Below are positions 42,096-51,256 of a stretch of DNA of 64,000 nt, piece by piece. Origin of the DNA: Alkalispirochaeta sp. (GTDB taxonomy: Bacteria; Spirochaetota; Spirochaetia; DSM-27196; Alkalispirochaetaceae); NCBI GenBank assembly GCA_965242725.1, contig CBDESZ010000005.1, positions 64,001-128,000 of the forward strand, written 5' to 3'. Each line of letters begins with the position of its first letter. Within the stretch, counting starts at the first letter, position 1. The notes beneath the pieces are model-generated. The model was given only the letters and a program-made list of their open reading frames with translations. It ran no database searches and was not told the DNA's origin. The position numbers and the translations under genes were made by a program.

Positions 42096-43123
42096 GGCAC
42101 CCTCACCAGATCCATCTTCACCAGCGTCTCGGCGATCTGCACCGCGTTGAGGGCCGCGCCCTTGCGGATATTGTTTGAGACCACCCACAGATTGAGGCCG
42201 TTGGCGATGGTCAGATCTTCCCGGATCCGTCCCACCATCGTCTCGTCCACATCGTTGGAATCAAGTGGGGTGGGATAGACGTTATTGGCGGGGGCGTCCT
42301 TCACGATGACGCCCGGCGCCGCTGCGAGAATAGCCCGCGCCTCATCGGCGGTGATCTTCTTCTCCGTCTCGATATTGAGCGACTCGGAATGGCCAAACCA
42401 CACGGGAATGCGCACCGCCGTTGGGCTCACCGCGATGGAATCGTCGCCCATGATCTTTTTGGTCTCATTGACCATCTTGAACTCTTCCTTGGTGTACCCG
42501 TGGTCCTGAAAGACATCGATGTGGGGTACCGCATTAAAGGCAAGCTGCACCGGATGGACCTGGGGGGCCACCCGCTTGCCCGTCTTGAGGTACTCCTCGG
42601 CCTCCCTGGTCAGCCCGTCAAAGCCGCGCCGGCCGCCGCCGGAGGCCGCCTGATAGGTGGACACCACCACGCGCTTGATCTTCCCCGCGTCATGCAGCGG
42701 CTTGAGAACCACAACCATCTGAATCGTGGAGCAATTGGGGTTGGGGACAATTCCCTTGTGCCGTTTCAGATCATCCGGATTGACCTCGGGGACCACCAGA
42801 GGGCACTCCGGATTCATTCGCCACTCCGACGAATTGTCCACCACCACGGCGCCCATCTCTACCGCCTGCGGCGCCAGCGCCTTGCTTGCCGTCGCCCCGG
42901 CGGAAAAAATCGCAATATCGATGCCCCTGAAATTCTCCTTCACCGCCGCCTGCACCTTCACGGCCTGCCCGTTATAGATGACCTCTTTGCCGGCGTTCTC
43001 CGGAATATCCAGCGGCCGAAACTCATCAATCGGAAAGTTCCGCCGCTCCAGCGTCCGGATCATCTCCGTCCCCACCATTCCCATGGCTCCCACCACCGCA
43101 ACGTTGTATCTCTCTTTCGCCAT
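42092..43123 (-). CDS. asd: Aspartate-semialdehyde dehydrogenase
   Basis: [48 protein letters not shown]. Confidence 0.95.
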   Translation of the reverse strand: MAKERYNVAVVGAMGMVGTEMIRTLERRNFPIDEFRPLDIPENAGKEVIYNGQAVKVQAAVKENFRGIDIAIFSAGATASKALAPQAVEMGAVVVDNSSEWRMNPECPLVVPEVNPDDLKRHKGIVPNPNCSTIQMVVVLKPLHDAGKIKRVVVSTYQAASGGGRRGFDGLTREAEEYLKTGKRVAPQVHPVQLAFNAVPHIDVFQDHGYTKEEFKMVNETKKIMGDDSIAVSPTAVRIPVWFGHSESLNIETEKKITADEARAILAAAPGVIVKDAPANNVYPTPLDSNDVDETMVGRIREDLTIANGLNLWVVSNNIRKGAALNAVQIAETLVKMDLVRVP

Positions 43124-43150
43124 CCCTTTCTCCTTGGTTATGTATAATGC

Positions 43151-43180
43151 ATAATATATCCTGTATTATCTATCTGTCAA
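43151..43180 (-). promoter_or_regulatory. Probable sigma-70 promoter of asd-pckA
   Basis: TTGACA-N18-TATTAT on the minus strand in an AT-rich patch. Confidence 0.55.
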
Positions 43181-43209
43181 TGAAGGCGCTTCTCTACATC
43201 TCATTCAAA

Positions 43210-43271
43210 ATTGAACTTCGTTCCGCTCTGCGCTGTTCCGTGGTGAGGTGTAACACCCGCCCTTGCAGGGG
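43210..43271. repeat. Intergenic ~60-bp dispersed repeat, copy 2
   Basis: See copy 1 at 35131. Confidence 0.8.
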
Positions 43272-43427
43272 ATACTCATCCGGCGTCTCACTTCAGGAGA
43301 ATACGCTTCCCCGCGGATGCGGCGACGGCGAATCCCTTCGTCCAATGGAGAACTCACATCGAAGATTCTCCTCCACTTTTCCGAAAAGGGAGGGGGCAGA
43401 GGACCGATATGGTTTACGCGTTTTCCT

Positions 43428-43454
43428 GAAACGTTGAGATTGCATGTCTCAACG
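43428..43454 (-). terminator. Probable terminator after the ABC permease
   Basis: CGTTGAGAC/ATCTCAACG stem followed by TTT on the minus strand. Confidence 0.5.
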
Positions 43455-43479
43455 GGTGTCGACCGCCCAATGCGCCAGG

Positions 43480-44469
43480 TTATCGTTTCCCGGACCGCTC
43501 GGTTACATATGTTTGAATGAGGATAAACACAAGTACCAGGACGCCTACGAGGATCTGCGCCCACCATTCGCGGAACGCCGGAATGTACGCCGGAAGCTTG
43601 AATACCAGTCCGTAGATCAGCACCCCGAACAACGTACCGATTACTCGACCGGAGCCGCCGGTAAGCAGCGTGCCGCCGATTACGACGGAGGCGATAACGT
43701 TCAGCTCGAGCCCCACGGAGCTGTGAGGTTTTCCCGAAGCAAGGTGGATCGTAAAAACAACCCCGCCGAGGGCGGCAAGGAATCCGCTCATTGTGTAAAT
43801 CAGGACTTTGGTCCGGTTTACCGGCAACCCCATTAACACGGCTGAGTTCTCATTGCCGCCGATCGCGTATACATTCCGCCCGAATTTGGTGTATCTCGCC
43901 ACTATGATTCCCGCCGCCAGGACGACGGCAAAGACAAATACGTACAGGGAAAGGTTTCCGGTTGCCACCTTCATGCCGGTCCTCTTCATAAACGCGATAA
44001 ACGGATCCTGATTGATGCTAATGGTCCCCTGATGAACCATGTACGCAAGCCCGCGCATCAGAAACATGGTAACCAGAGTTACCAGAAACGGCGGCAGTTC
44101 GAAGTATGTAATCAGACAGCCGACGGTAAAGCCCATCACAACGCCTATTGCCAGGCACATCAGCATTGATACCCAGGTTGGCACCTGGTAGGCCTCATAC
44201 ATCTTGGCGATGAAGATCGTCGTGAAGGCGACAACAGAGCCCACCGAGAGGTCGATCCCGCCGGAAATGATCACAAATGTCATTCCCACCGCGATAATTC
44301 CAAAGTAGGCGTTCGCTTTGAATATGTTCACGAAGTTGTACGCGGAGAAAAACCCCGGGAACAGCACCGATGCAGCGGCATACATCAGAAGGAATATCGA
44401 GACCGTCGTGACAATCGGGATGTTGCCGGCGCTAATTCTGAATTGCCGACTGCTGGTATTGGCGTTCAT
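43480..44469 (-). CDS. yjfF: Sugar ABC transporter permease (YjfF-like)
   Basis: GMTFVIISGGIDLSVG, GRNVYAIGGNE.SA.LMGLPV, SVVIGGTLLTGG. Confidence 0.85.
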   Translation of the reverse strand: MNANTSSRQFRISAGNIPIVTTVSIFLLMYAAASVLFPGFFSAYNFVNIFKANAYFGIIAVGMTFVIISGGIDLSVGSVVAFTTIFIAKMYEAYQVPTWVSMLMCLAIGVVMGFTVGCLITYFELPPFLVTLVTMFLMRGLAYMVHQGTISINQDPFIAFMKRTGMKVATGNLSLYVFVFAVVLAAGIIVARYTKFGRNVYAIGGNENSAVLMGLPVNRTKVLIYTMSGFLAALGGVVFTIHLASGKPHSSVGLELNVIASVVIGGTLLTGGSGRVIGTLFGVLIYGLVFKLPAYIPAFREWWAQILVGVLVLVFILIQTYVTERSGKR

Positions 44470-45521
44470 GCGGCGCTCCTTCCCCGACGACGCGTTGCGG
44501 CCGTAGCAAGCATTCTCCGAAACGCCTCCGATTGGATCAGTGCAACCATAATCAACACCAGAGCCTTGAAAACAAGGGAGTATTCGTAGGGCCACCGCTG
44601 GAAGTACACGGTCGTGGTGAGACTTTGAATGATGAGGGCGCCCACGACTGAGCCGACGAGTGTGAACCGACCGCCCCACATCGTACCGCCGATAATTACC
44701 GCTGCGATCGCGTCCAGCTCAATCATAAAACCGGTCGTATAGGGACTGGTACTTGATTCACCGGCAACGTGGATCAACCCGGCGATTCCCGCCAGGATGG
44801 CGCAGAACACGTACGTCCCGATGGTAATCAACCGTGTTCGAATTCCAACGTATCTGCTGGCAGTCCTGTTTTCTCCAATTGACTCGATAAAGATCCCGAT
44901 CGCCGTCCGCTTGGTAACAACGAGCGTACCGAGAAACACCGCCAGCCCGATCCAGACCGGAATTGGAAACCCCAAAAAGTAACCCGTGCCCAACGTTGTG
45001 AACGGTACTTCGTGGTAGGTAGGGGTTTGTCCCTGCACCATCAGTACCGCTATCCCCCTGGCCGAGTACATCATGATCAAGGTTGCTATGATCGGCTGGA
45101 CCCCGACGACTGCAACGAGAACACCGTTGATGAGTCCCAGGACAAGGGCAATCATTAAAGGTACCAAGATTATCAGGGCCAGTGCCGGCTGAGGATCGGA
45201 AACTGGCAGCCCCTGCAAGTATCCCGGACGGATTAAGAGCGCCGCCATCGCCCCGGCGGCCGCCATCACCGAACCTACGGACAAGTCTATACCCCCCGTT
45301 GCAAAAACCAGGGTCATTCCTGTTGCCAAAATGCAGAGCCGGGCGCCGTTGTTAAATATGTTTATGAGGTTGCCACGGAACCGTCCGTCCTGATGAAGAG
45401 TCACGTCAAAAAACTCCGGCGATATCACGAGATTCAGCAATAGAATTGCCATCAGCCCGAGCAACACATACACGATCCGTTTCTTCAGCGGGTCTCGTAC
45501 CGCCGAGTGTCCAAGTTCCAT
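44466..45521 (-). CDS. ytfT: Sugar ABC transporter permease (YtfT-like)
   Basis: GMTLVFATGGIDLSVG, QPIIATL, ELDAIAAV.IGGT. Confidence 0.85.
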   Translation of the reverse strand: MELGHSAVRDPLKKRIVYVLLGLMAILLLNLVISPEFFDVTLHQDGRFRGNLINIFNNGARLCILATGMTLVFATGGIDLSVGSVMAAAGAMAALLIRPGYLQGLPVSDPQPALALIILVPLMIALVLGLINGVLVAVVGVQPIIATLIMMYSARGIAVLMVQGQTPTYHEVPFTTLGTGYFLGFPIPVWIGLAVFLGTLVVTKRTAIGIFIESIGENRTASRYVGIRTRLITIGTYVFCAILAGIAGLIHVAGESSTSPYTTGFMIELDAIAAVIIGGTMWGGRFTLVGSVVGALIIQSLTTTVYFQRWPYEYSLVFKALVLIMVALIQSEAFRRMLATAATRRRGRSAA

Positions 45522-45555
45522 AGCGTTTTCGTACTCCTTGACCGACGGCGGCCGG

Positions 45556-47058
45556 TCAGCCGGCGCCTGCGATCGTATGCATGATCGTCGTCTCGTTCAG
45601 ATCGTTTCCGACAAGTTCCCGAACCTTTCGGCGATCCCTCAGCACCGCGATTCGCGTAGAACACCGCACTACTTCATCCAACTCGGATGATATAAAGAGA
45701 ATTGCCAGGCCCCGTTTGCGAAGCCCGATAATGAGTTTCTGAATCTCCACCTTTGAACCCACGTCGATACCGCGAGTCGGTTCGTCGAGTATCAACAACT
45801 GGGGATCAGACGCCAGCCAACGGGCCAGGATTACCTTTTGCTGATTCCCTCCGCTCAGGTTTTTTACCCGTTGATTGACGCTTGGTGTTACGATGTTCAG
45901 GGACTCGATGAACTGTCTCGCGATCTCGTCCCGTTCTCTCCGGCTGAGAAAACGGAAGACCCCTCGCTTGGCTTGAAGGGCGAGAATGATATTCTCCCTT
46001 ACGCTCAACTCCGGGATAATACCGACTTCTTTTCGATCTTCCGGGCAGAATCCCATTCCCAATTCGATAGCTCGTCTGGGACTTTTGACCACCGTGTGCC
46101 GTCCCGCGATCGAGACGTCTCCGGTATCAGGTTTCTCGATGCCGTAGAGCAGCTTGGCGATTTCGGTCCTGCCGGAACCGAGGAGGCCGGCAAGACCCAG
46201 GACCTCCCCCCGGCGAATCGAGAGGTCAAAGGGTTCTATGTAACCACGTTTGTGGATACCGGCGAGTCTGACGTACTCCTCTCCGGCGGTTTCCTGCTCG
46301 TGTTGCCACTGTACCGCCTCAAACTCGTTCAATTCCTTTCCGAGCATGGCGGAAATCAGATCGATTCTGGTCAATGCTCCCGTTTCATAGACCCCGACTT
46401 TCCGGCCGTTCCTCAGCACGGTTATCCTGTCGGTTATCTCAAACACCTGGTCCAGAAAGTGGGTAATAAAAACGACGCCAATCCCCTGGTCCTTCAATTT
46501 TCGCATTATCGAAAACAACTGCCGGACTTCTGCTGCGTCCAGGCTGGAGGTGGGTTCATCGAGAATGAGCACTTTGGCTGAGATATCCAACGCCCGCGCG
46601 ATCGATACCATCTGCTGGATCGCCACCGAGTAGCTGTTGAGCGGACGGGTCACGTCGATATCCAGGTCCAGCTGTGCCACCGCCTCAGCCGCCCGACGGT
46701 GGAGCTCTCTCCAGTCAATGCCCGCACCACCCGCGCGTAGCGGCTGACGGCCGAGAAAAATGTTCTCCGCAACCGAAAGAAGCGGTATGAGGTTGATTTC
46801 CTGATACACGGTGCTGATCCCGTGGTGTACGGCTTCGTTCGGAGAGCCATAGCTGACGGAATTCCCGTCGTAAAAAATCTCTCCGCTGTCCTTTGAGTGA
46901 AATCCGGTAATCACCTTTATCAGGGTTGATTTTCCGGCTCCATTCTCGCCCATGAGGCCGTGTATCTCGCCGGCGCGCAGATCGAAATCAACGGATGCAA
47001 GAGCTTTCACTCCTGGAAAGCTCTTGCACAGATTAGAAACCTTTAGGATCGCTCTCAT
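45556..47058 (-). CDS. ytfR: Sugar ABC transporter ATP-binding protein (two NBDs, YtfR-like)
   Basis: GENGAGKST, LDEPTSSL, LSGGNQQKV, DEPTRGIDVG. Confidence 0.9.
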   Translation of the reverse strand: MRAILKVSNLCKSFPGVKALASVDFDLRAGEIHGLMGENGAGKSTLIKVITGFHSKDSGEIFYDGNSVSYGSPNEAVHHGISTVYQEINLIPLLSVAENIFLGRQPLRAGGAGIDWRELHRRAAEAVAQLDLDIDVTRPLNSYSVAIQQMVSIARALDISAKVLILDEPTSSLDAAEVRQLFSIMRKLKDQGIGVVFITHFLDQVFEITDRITVLRNGRKVGVYETGALTRIDLISAMLGKELNEFEAVQWQHEQETAGEEYVRLAGIHKRGYIEPFDLSIRRGEVLGLAGLLGSGRTEIAKLLYGIEKPDTGDVSIAGRHTVVKSPRRAIELGMGFCPEDRKEVGIIPELSVRENIILALQAKRGVFRFLSRRERDEIARQFIESLNIVTPSVNQRVKNLSGGNQQKVILARWLASDPQLLILDEPTRGIDVGSKVEIQKLIIGLRKRGLAILFISSELDEVVRCSTRIAVLRDRRKVRELVGNDLNETTIMHTIAGAG

Positions 47059-47082
47059 TTCAATCACCGTTGACTGCTGAAA

Positions 47083-48021
47083 TCAGAAGCCGCCGGTGGG
47101 GTGATCCATGTAGTTGGACTCGTCGTAGAGTGAGTCTGGATTGATGATGTACTGATCCACAGCCTCCCCGTTGATTGCCATAGAAATGGCTTCAAAACCG
47201 AGTGGTCCGAGCAGCGGACTGCACTCAACCGTCGCGTTCATGTCGCCACGATCGATCGCCTCAAAAGCCGCCTTGATCGCGTCTATTGAAATGATGAGAA
47301 CGTCGTCGCCCGGGTCCAACCCGGCCGCTTTGAGGGCCTCGATTGCGCCAAGGGCCATACCGTCGTTGTGCGCATACACGAGGTCGAACTCGACGCCTGC
47401 GGCCAACCACGCCTCTACAACCTGTCGGCCTTTGTCCTGACTCCACTCTCCCGTTTGAGACTCCACTACTTCGATTCCGGGATATTTATTGATGATCTCC
47501 ATAAATCCCTCGTTCCGCAGGATTGCCGGATCCGCCGCCGGATCACCGAACAACTCGACGACTTTTCCGTTGCCGTCAAGACGATTGGCGACCCATTCAC
47601 CGGCAAGACGCCCCTCGTAGGCAAAGTCGGATGAGATCTGGGTGACCCATAAATCTTCGGGAGCATCAACTCCCCTGTCGAGAAGTACTACCGGGATTCC
47701 TGCGTCCCTGGCCTCTTGAAGGACTTCATCCCAACCGCTGCGCGTTTGCGGAGCCAGCAAAATGCCATCCACCCTTTGTGCGATGAAGTCGCGGATCGCC
47801 GCAATCTGGCCGTCCTGCTCGGCAACAGACAAGCGCAGATCAACTCCCAGCCGCTCAGCTTCCTGCTGGACCGAATTGGTTTCAGTCGTGCGCCACGGAC
47901 TGTCCTCTTTGATCTGCGCAAAGCCGACGGTCATCGTACCGTCGTCTTCAACCGCGCCACCGGCAAACGCCATGGCTGCGACTATCGCGATAGACATCAC
48001 AAGGAATACACACCGTTTCAT
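47083..48021 (-). CDS. ytfQ: Sugar ABC transporter substrate-binding protein (YtfQ-like)
   Basis: VGFAQ...SPWR, AHND.MALGA, ECSPLLGP. Confidence 0.8.
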   Translation of the reverse strand: MKRCVFLVMSIAIVAAMAFAGGAVEDDGTMTVGFAQIKEDSPWRTTETNSVQQEAERLGVDLRLSVAEQDGQIAAIRDFIAQRVDGILLAPQTRSGWDEVLQEARDAGIPVVLLDRGVDAPEDLWVTQISSDFAYEGRLAGEWVANRLDGNGKVVELFGDPAADPAILRNEGFMEIINKYPGIEVVESQTGEWSQDKGRQVVEAWLAAGVEFDLVYAHNDGMALGAIEALKAAGLDPGDDVLIISIDAIKAAFEAIDRGDMNATVECSPLLGPLGFEAISMAINGEAVDQYIINPDSLYDESNYMDHPTGGF

Positions 48022-48061
48022 CTCGTAACCTCCCTGCCTTCATTGGAAGACGCTTTGATTG

Positions 48062-48094
48062 TGAATCAGGTCCCGTTTCGGGGTACCTGATTCA
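48062..48094. other. Intergenic hairpin upstream of the ytfQ-like gene
   Basis: TGAATCAGGT...ACCTGATTCA 10-bp outer stem with an inner CCCG/CGGG stem. Confidence 0.55.
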
Positions 48095-48182
48095 TGATGA
48101 GTCAGGGTATTTCTGTTGTCTTTGGACAGATCGGGGAATTGTTGTACGGATCAGCACAAGTGGCGCATGAAGACCGGTGCGA

Positions 48183-50045
48183 TCAGTACTTGCGGCTTCC
48201 TATGTACTCCCGGGCAACCTCCATCGGGAATACGCCCTCTTCCGTGTTGATCCGCAAGGGCAACTCTTCGCCATGGACGTAGTCAACGACGGCTTTCATG
48301 AGTTGAGGACCCAACAAAGGAGAGCACTCCACCGTACAATTGAGCTTGCCTTCAATCATCGCTTCAAATGCCGCCCTCACGCCGTCTATGGACACGAGGA
48401 GGATGTCAACGCCGGGATTCAACCCCGCCTCTTCAATTGCCCGGATTGCTCCGAGAGCCATGTCGTCATTGTGGGCATACACTACGTCTATCCGGTCGTA
48501 CCGCAGGAGAAATCTGCTCATAACGTCATACCCGAGATTTTCGATGAAATCCCCAGGCGTGCTGTCAATGATCGCGTGGGACTCCACCCGATCGATTACT
48601 TCGGAAAACCCCAGGCTGCGGTCGATTGCCGGTGCAGATCCGGGGAGTCCCGCGATCTCCACGATTCGCACATCGGTGCGACCCTCGGTTTCCTCCAACA
48701 CCCACTGCGCCGCCCGGCGTCCCTCTTCAATGAAATCGGCGACGAGATAGGTAGTGACAAGGGTCTCGTCGGATACGTCCACAGTCCGATCCGAAGCAAT
48801 AACGGGAATGCCTGCCTCCCTGGCCTCCTGCAGCACGTGATCCCAACCTGTCTCGACGATAGGGGAAAATGCGATTACGTCCACCCCTGCGCGAATGAAT
48901 TCCCGGATTGCCTCAATCTGGTTGGTCTGATCCAGGTCGGCATCGCGGAACATCAACGATATCCCGGCGTCCTCGGCTGCAGACTTTATGGATTCGGTGT
49001 TCGCCTCCCGCCAGGCGCTCTCCCGACCAACCTGGGAAAACCCCAATACGATCGGTTCATCCGGTTCCCGACGGACCACGTGATCTGGTATGCCGGGTAG
49101 TTCGTCCAGAATTGGTTCCGTTATGAGAGAGGACCGTAGAAATATCTTTTTAGGGAGACCATCACGGCCCTCAAGGATGTCCATGGCCCGGTGAACCGCC
49201 TCCTTCCCCCCGGTCGGGCAGGTGATCGTAGCCTCCAGGATGCCGTTAGCTACCAGCGCCAGTCCACCTTCCGGTCCGGTGAGTCCGTCGATACCGATGA
49301 TCGCCGTGTCGGCTATTCCGGCTTCGTTCAAAGCCCGATACACACCGTAGGCCATGGCGTCATTGTGCGCAAACACGACGTTGCTGGACGTAAACAGATC
49401 CAGGTGTGCCCTGGTGATGTCCTCCGCGCGGTCCCGCAGCCAATCGGCACTGTAACTGGCCAACACATCTATGTTCGGCGCCACTTCCAGTTCTTCCCGA
49501 AAGCCCCGCATGCGCTCAATCACGGGAAGTGACTTCGCGTTGCCGGTGATCTCGATCACACCGCCGGGTTCATCAGCCAGGTGGTCCTTCACAAATCGCG
49601 CTGCCTGTTTCCCCACCAGTCCGTTGTCGACGCCGATGAACAGTGAGTAGTCGTAGCCTTCTACAGCTTTATCGAGGACTACTACGGGTATCTGCTCGTA
49701 CACATCCCGAATAGCCGGGGCCATCGCTCTGGACTCCACCGGCGACACTATCAATAGATCGATCCCGAGCTGAATAAGCTTCTCAATGTCCGCTTCCTGT
49801 TTCGAGACGCTGTCGCCGGCATTGGTAAACACGATTCGCACACCTTCGTAGGTCTCCGCAGTGTCCTGGATCTCCGCGTTCATCACCTCACGCCACGGCT
49901 CGGAAAGGTTTGCCTGGGCAACGCCGATCACGAATCGAATGTCCGTCGCCACGCGGTCTGTTCCGCACCCTGCAGTCAGCGCAATCGCTCCGGCCAGGAC
50001 CAGCATTCGCAACGACGCAGATCGACGATTCCGCTGCTTTCTCAT
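48183..50045 (-). CDS. Lipoprotein with two tandem sugar-binding (Peripla_BP) domains
   Basis: LTAGC lipobox; two ~290-aa repeats (GVAQANLSEPWR...AHNDAMA; GFSQVGRESAWR...AHNDDMA...ECSPLLGP). Confidence 0.88.
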   Translation of the reverse strand: MRKQRNRRSASLRMLVLAGAIALTAGCGTDRVATDIRFVIGVAQANLSEPWREVMNAEIQDTAETYEGVRIVFTNAGDSVSKQEADIEKLIQLGIDLLIVSPVESRAMAPAIRDVYEQIPVVVLDKAVEGYDYSLFIGVDNGLVGKQAARFVKDHLADEPGGVIEITGNAKSLPVIERMRGFREELEVAPNIDVLASYSADWLRDRAEDITRAHLDLFTSSNVVFAHNDAMAYGVYRALNEAGIADTAIIGIDGLTGPEGGLALVANGILEATITCPTGGKEAVHRAMDILEGRDGLPKKIFLRSSLITEPILDELPGIPDHVVRREPDEPIVLGFSQVGRESAWREANTESIKSAAEDAGISLMFRDADLDQTNQIEAIREFIRAGVDVIAFSPIVETGWDHVLQEAREAGIPVIASDRTVDVSDETLVTTYLVADFIEEGRRAAQWVLEETEGRTDVRIVEIAGLPGSAPAIDRSLGFSEVIDRVESHAIIDSTPGDFIENLGYDVMSRFLLRYDRIDVVYAHNDDMALGAIRAIEEAGLNPGVDILLVSIDGVRAAFEAMIEGKLNCTVECSPLLGPQLMKAVVDYVHGEELPLRINTEEGVFPMEVAREYIGSRKY

Positions 50046-51247
50046 GTCTTGACCTCCCCGCTCTTTCGGTAGTCACCGGGGGGCCTCCCGGCGATTCGCG
50101 TGAACATCCGGGTAAAATAGTGTTGACTCGCGTACCCCACTTCGTCCGCAACTTCGTAGATCATCTTGTCCTCGGCCCGGAGGAGCTGCATTGCCTTGCA
50201 GACCCGATACCGGTTGGTGAACTCGGAAAAACCGTATCCGGTGTTCTGTTTGAGCAACCGACTCACATAGGCCGGGCTCAGGGCCAACGCGTCCGAGGCC
50301 AATTCAAGGCTCAGGTCCTTGTTTCCGAACTCCTCGTCCAGGAACGATACAAACTTCCGCATAAACGCACTTACATGGCCTTTGTGTTCGAGGGCATCCG
50401 TCAGCACTTCGTAGTCCTGGACAAATCCTTCATAGTCAAGCCGGCAGTCTCCGACTGCGATCTGCAAAGGAATGTTCAGGCTCGATTGCGCATCCTTCCG
50501 GATCAATTCGGCTGCGTCTGCCGTCAACTCGCCAAAAATCATGTACAACAGGCGCTCATACCGGTCCTCAAAACGGATCCACGATGACCTGTCTCCGAGA
50601 TGAATCTCTGCGAGTCTATTAACGGCGGTCTTCCGTACGTGGTGCTCCTCGAGATCTGCCGCAGTCCCTCCGTAGAATCGGGCATTCAGTTGAATAGCCA
50701 GTAATCGCGCGCTTGCCGTCGCATCGAGGTGCAGAACCATTTTCCGATCGTTTATCTCGTCCTGTGAAGAAAATCCCTGAATCCAGTCGTCAAACAACTC
50801 CTGAATCAGGCCGTCTCGATTCCGCCGCACCTCGTTGGATGCCCATTGCAGCAGCTCGTTCTTCGTCCGCCGCTCAGCCAGTACTGAGGTGGCCCGGTCC
50901 AGGATTCGCCTCAGGGTCCGGGAATCTACGGGTTTCAGAACGTATTCGAAAATGGGCAACTCCACGGCCCGGCGGGCGTAATCAAACTCATCATGGCCCG
51001 TAATGACAATGACGATGCAGTTTTCGGCTTCCTCCCGGATCTGCTCGATGAAATCGAGCCCGTTCATCCGGGGCATACTGATGTCCACAAGCAGGATATC
51101 CGGTAGCTCCTCCCGGATTCGTTCCAGTGCTGCCACTCCGTCGCCGGCTTCTCCACAAATGATAAACTCGGCACCTGCCGACGAAATCAAACTGCCCAGG
51201 CGACGTCTGGTTTTGGGCTCGTCATCCGCGATGAACACCGTCCACAT
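50042..51247 (-). CDS. Response regulator, REC + AraC (YesN-like)
   Basis: ADDE, DISMP, KP; C-terminal 'VGYASQHYFTRMF'. Confidence 0.92.
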   Translation of the reverse strand: MWTVFIADDEPKTRRRLGSLISSAGAEFIICGEAGDGVAALERIREELPDILLVDISMPRMNGLDFIEQIREEAENCIVIVITGHDEFDYARRAVELPIFEYVLKPVDSRTLRRILDRATSVLAERRTKNELLQWASNEVRRNRDGLIQELFDDWIQGFSSQDEINDRKMVLHLDATASARLLAIQLNARFYGGTAADLEEHHVRKTAVNRLAEIHLGDRSSWIRFEDRYERLLYMIFGELTADAAELIRKDAQSSLNIPLQIAVGDCRLDYEGFVQDYEVLTDALEHKGHVSAFMRKFVSFLDEEFGNKDLSLELASDALALSPAYVSRLLKQNTGYGFSEFTNRYRVCKAMQLLRAEDKMIYEVADEVGYASQHYFTRMFTRIAGRPPGDYRKSGEVKT

Positions 51248-51256
51248 ACAGTCCTC

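Noticed and set aside
43124..43480. Lysine riboswitch upstream of asd
   Set aside because: No recognisable aptamer motifs, and the probable promoter is too close to the start codon.
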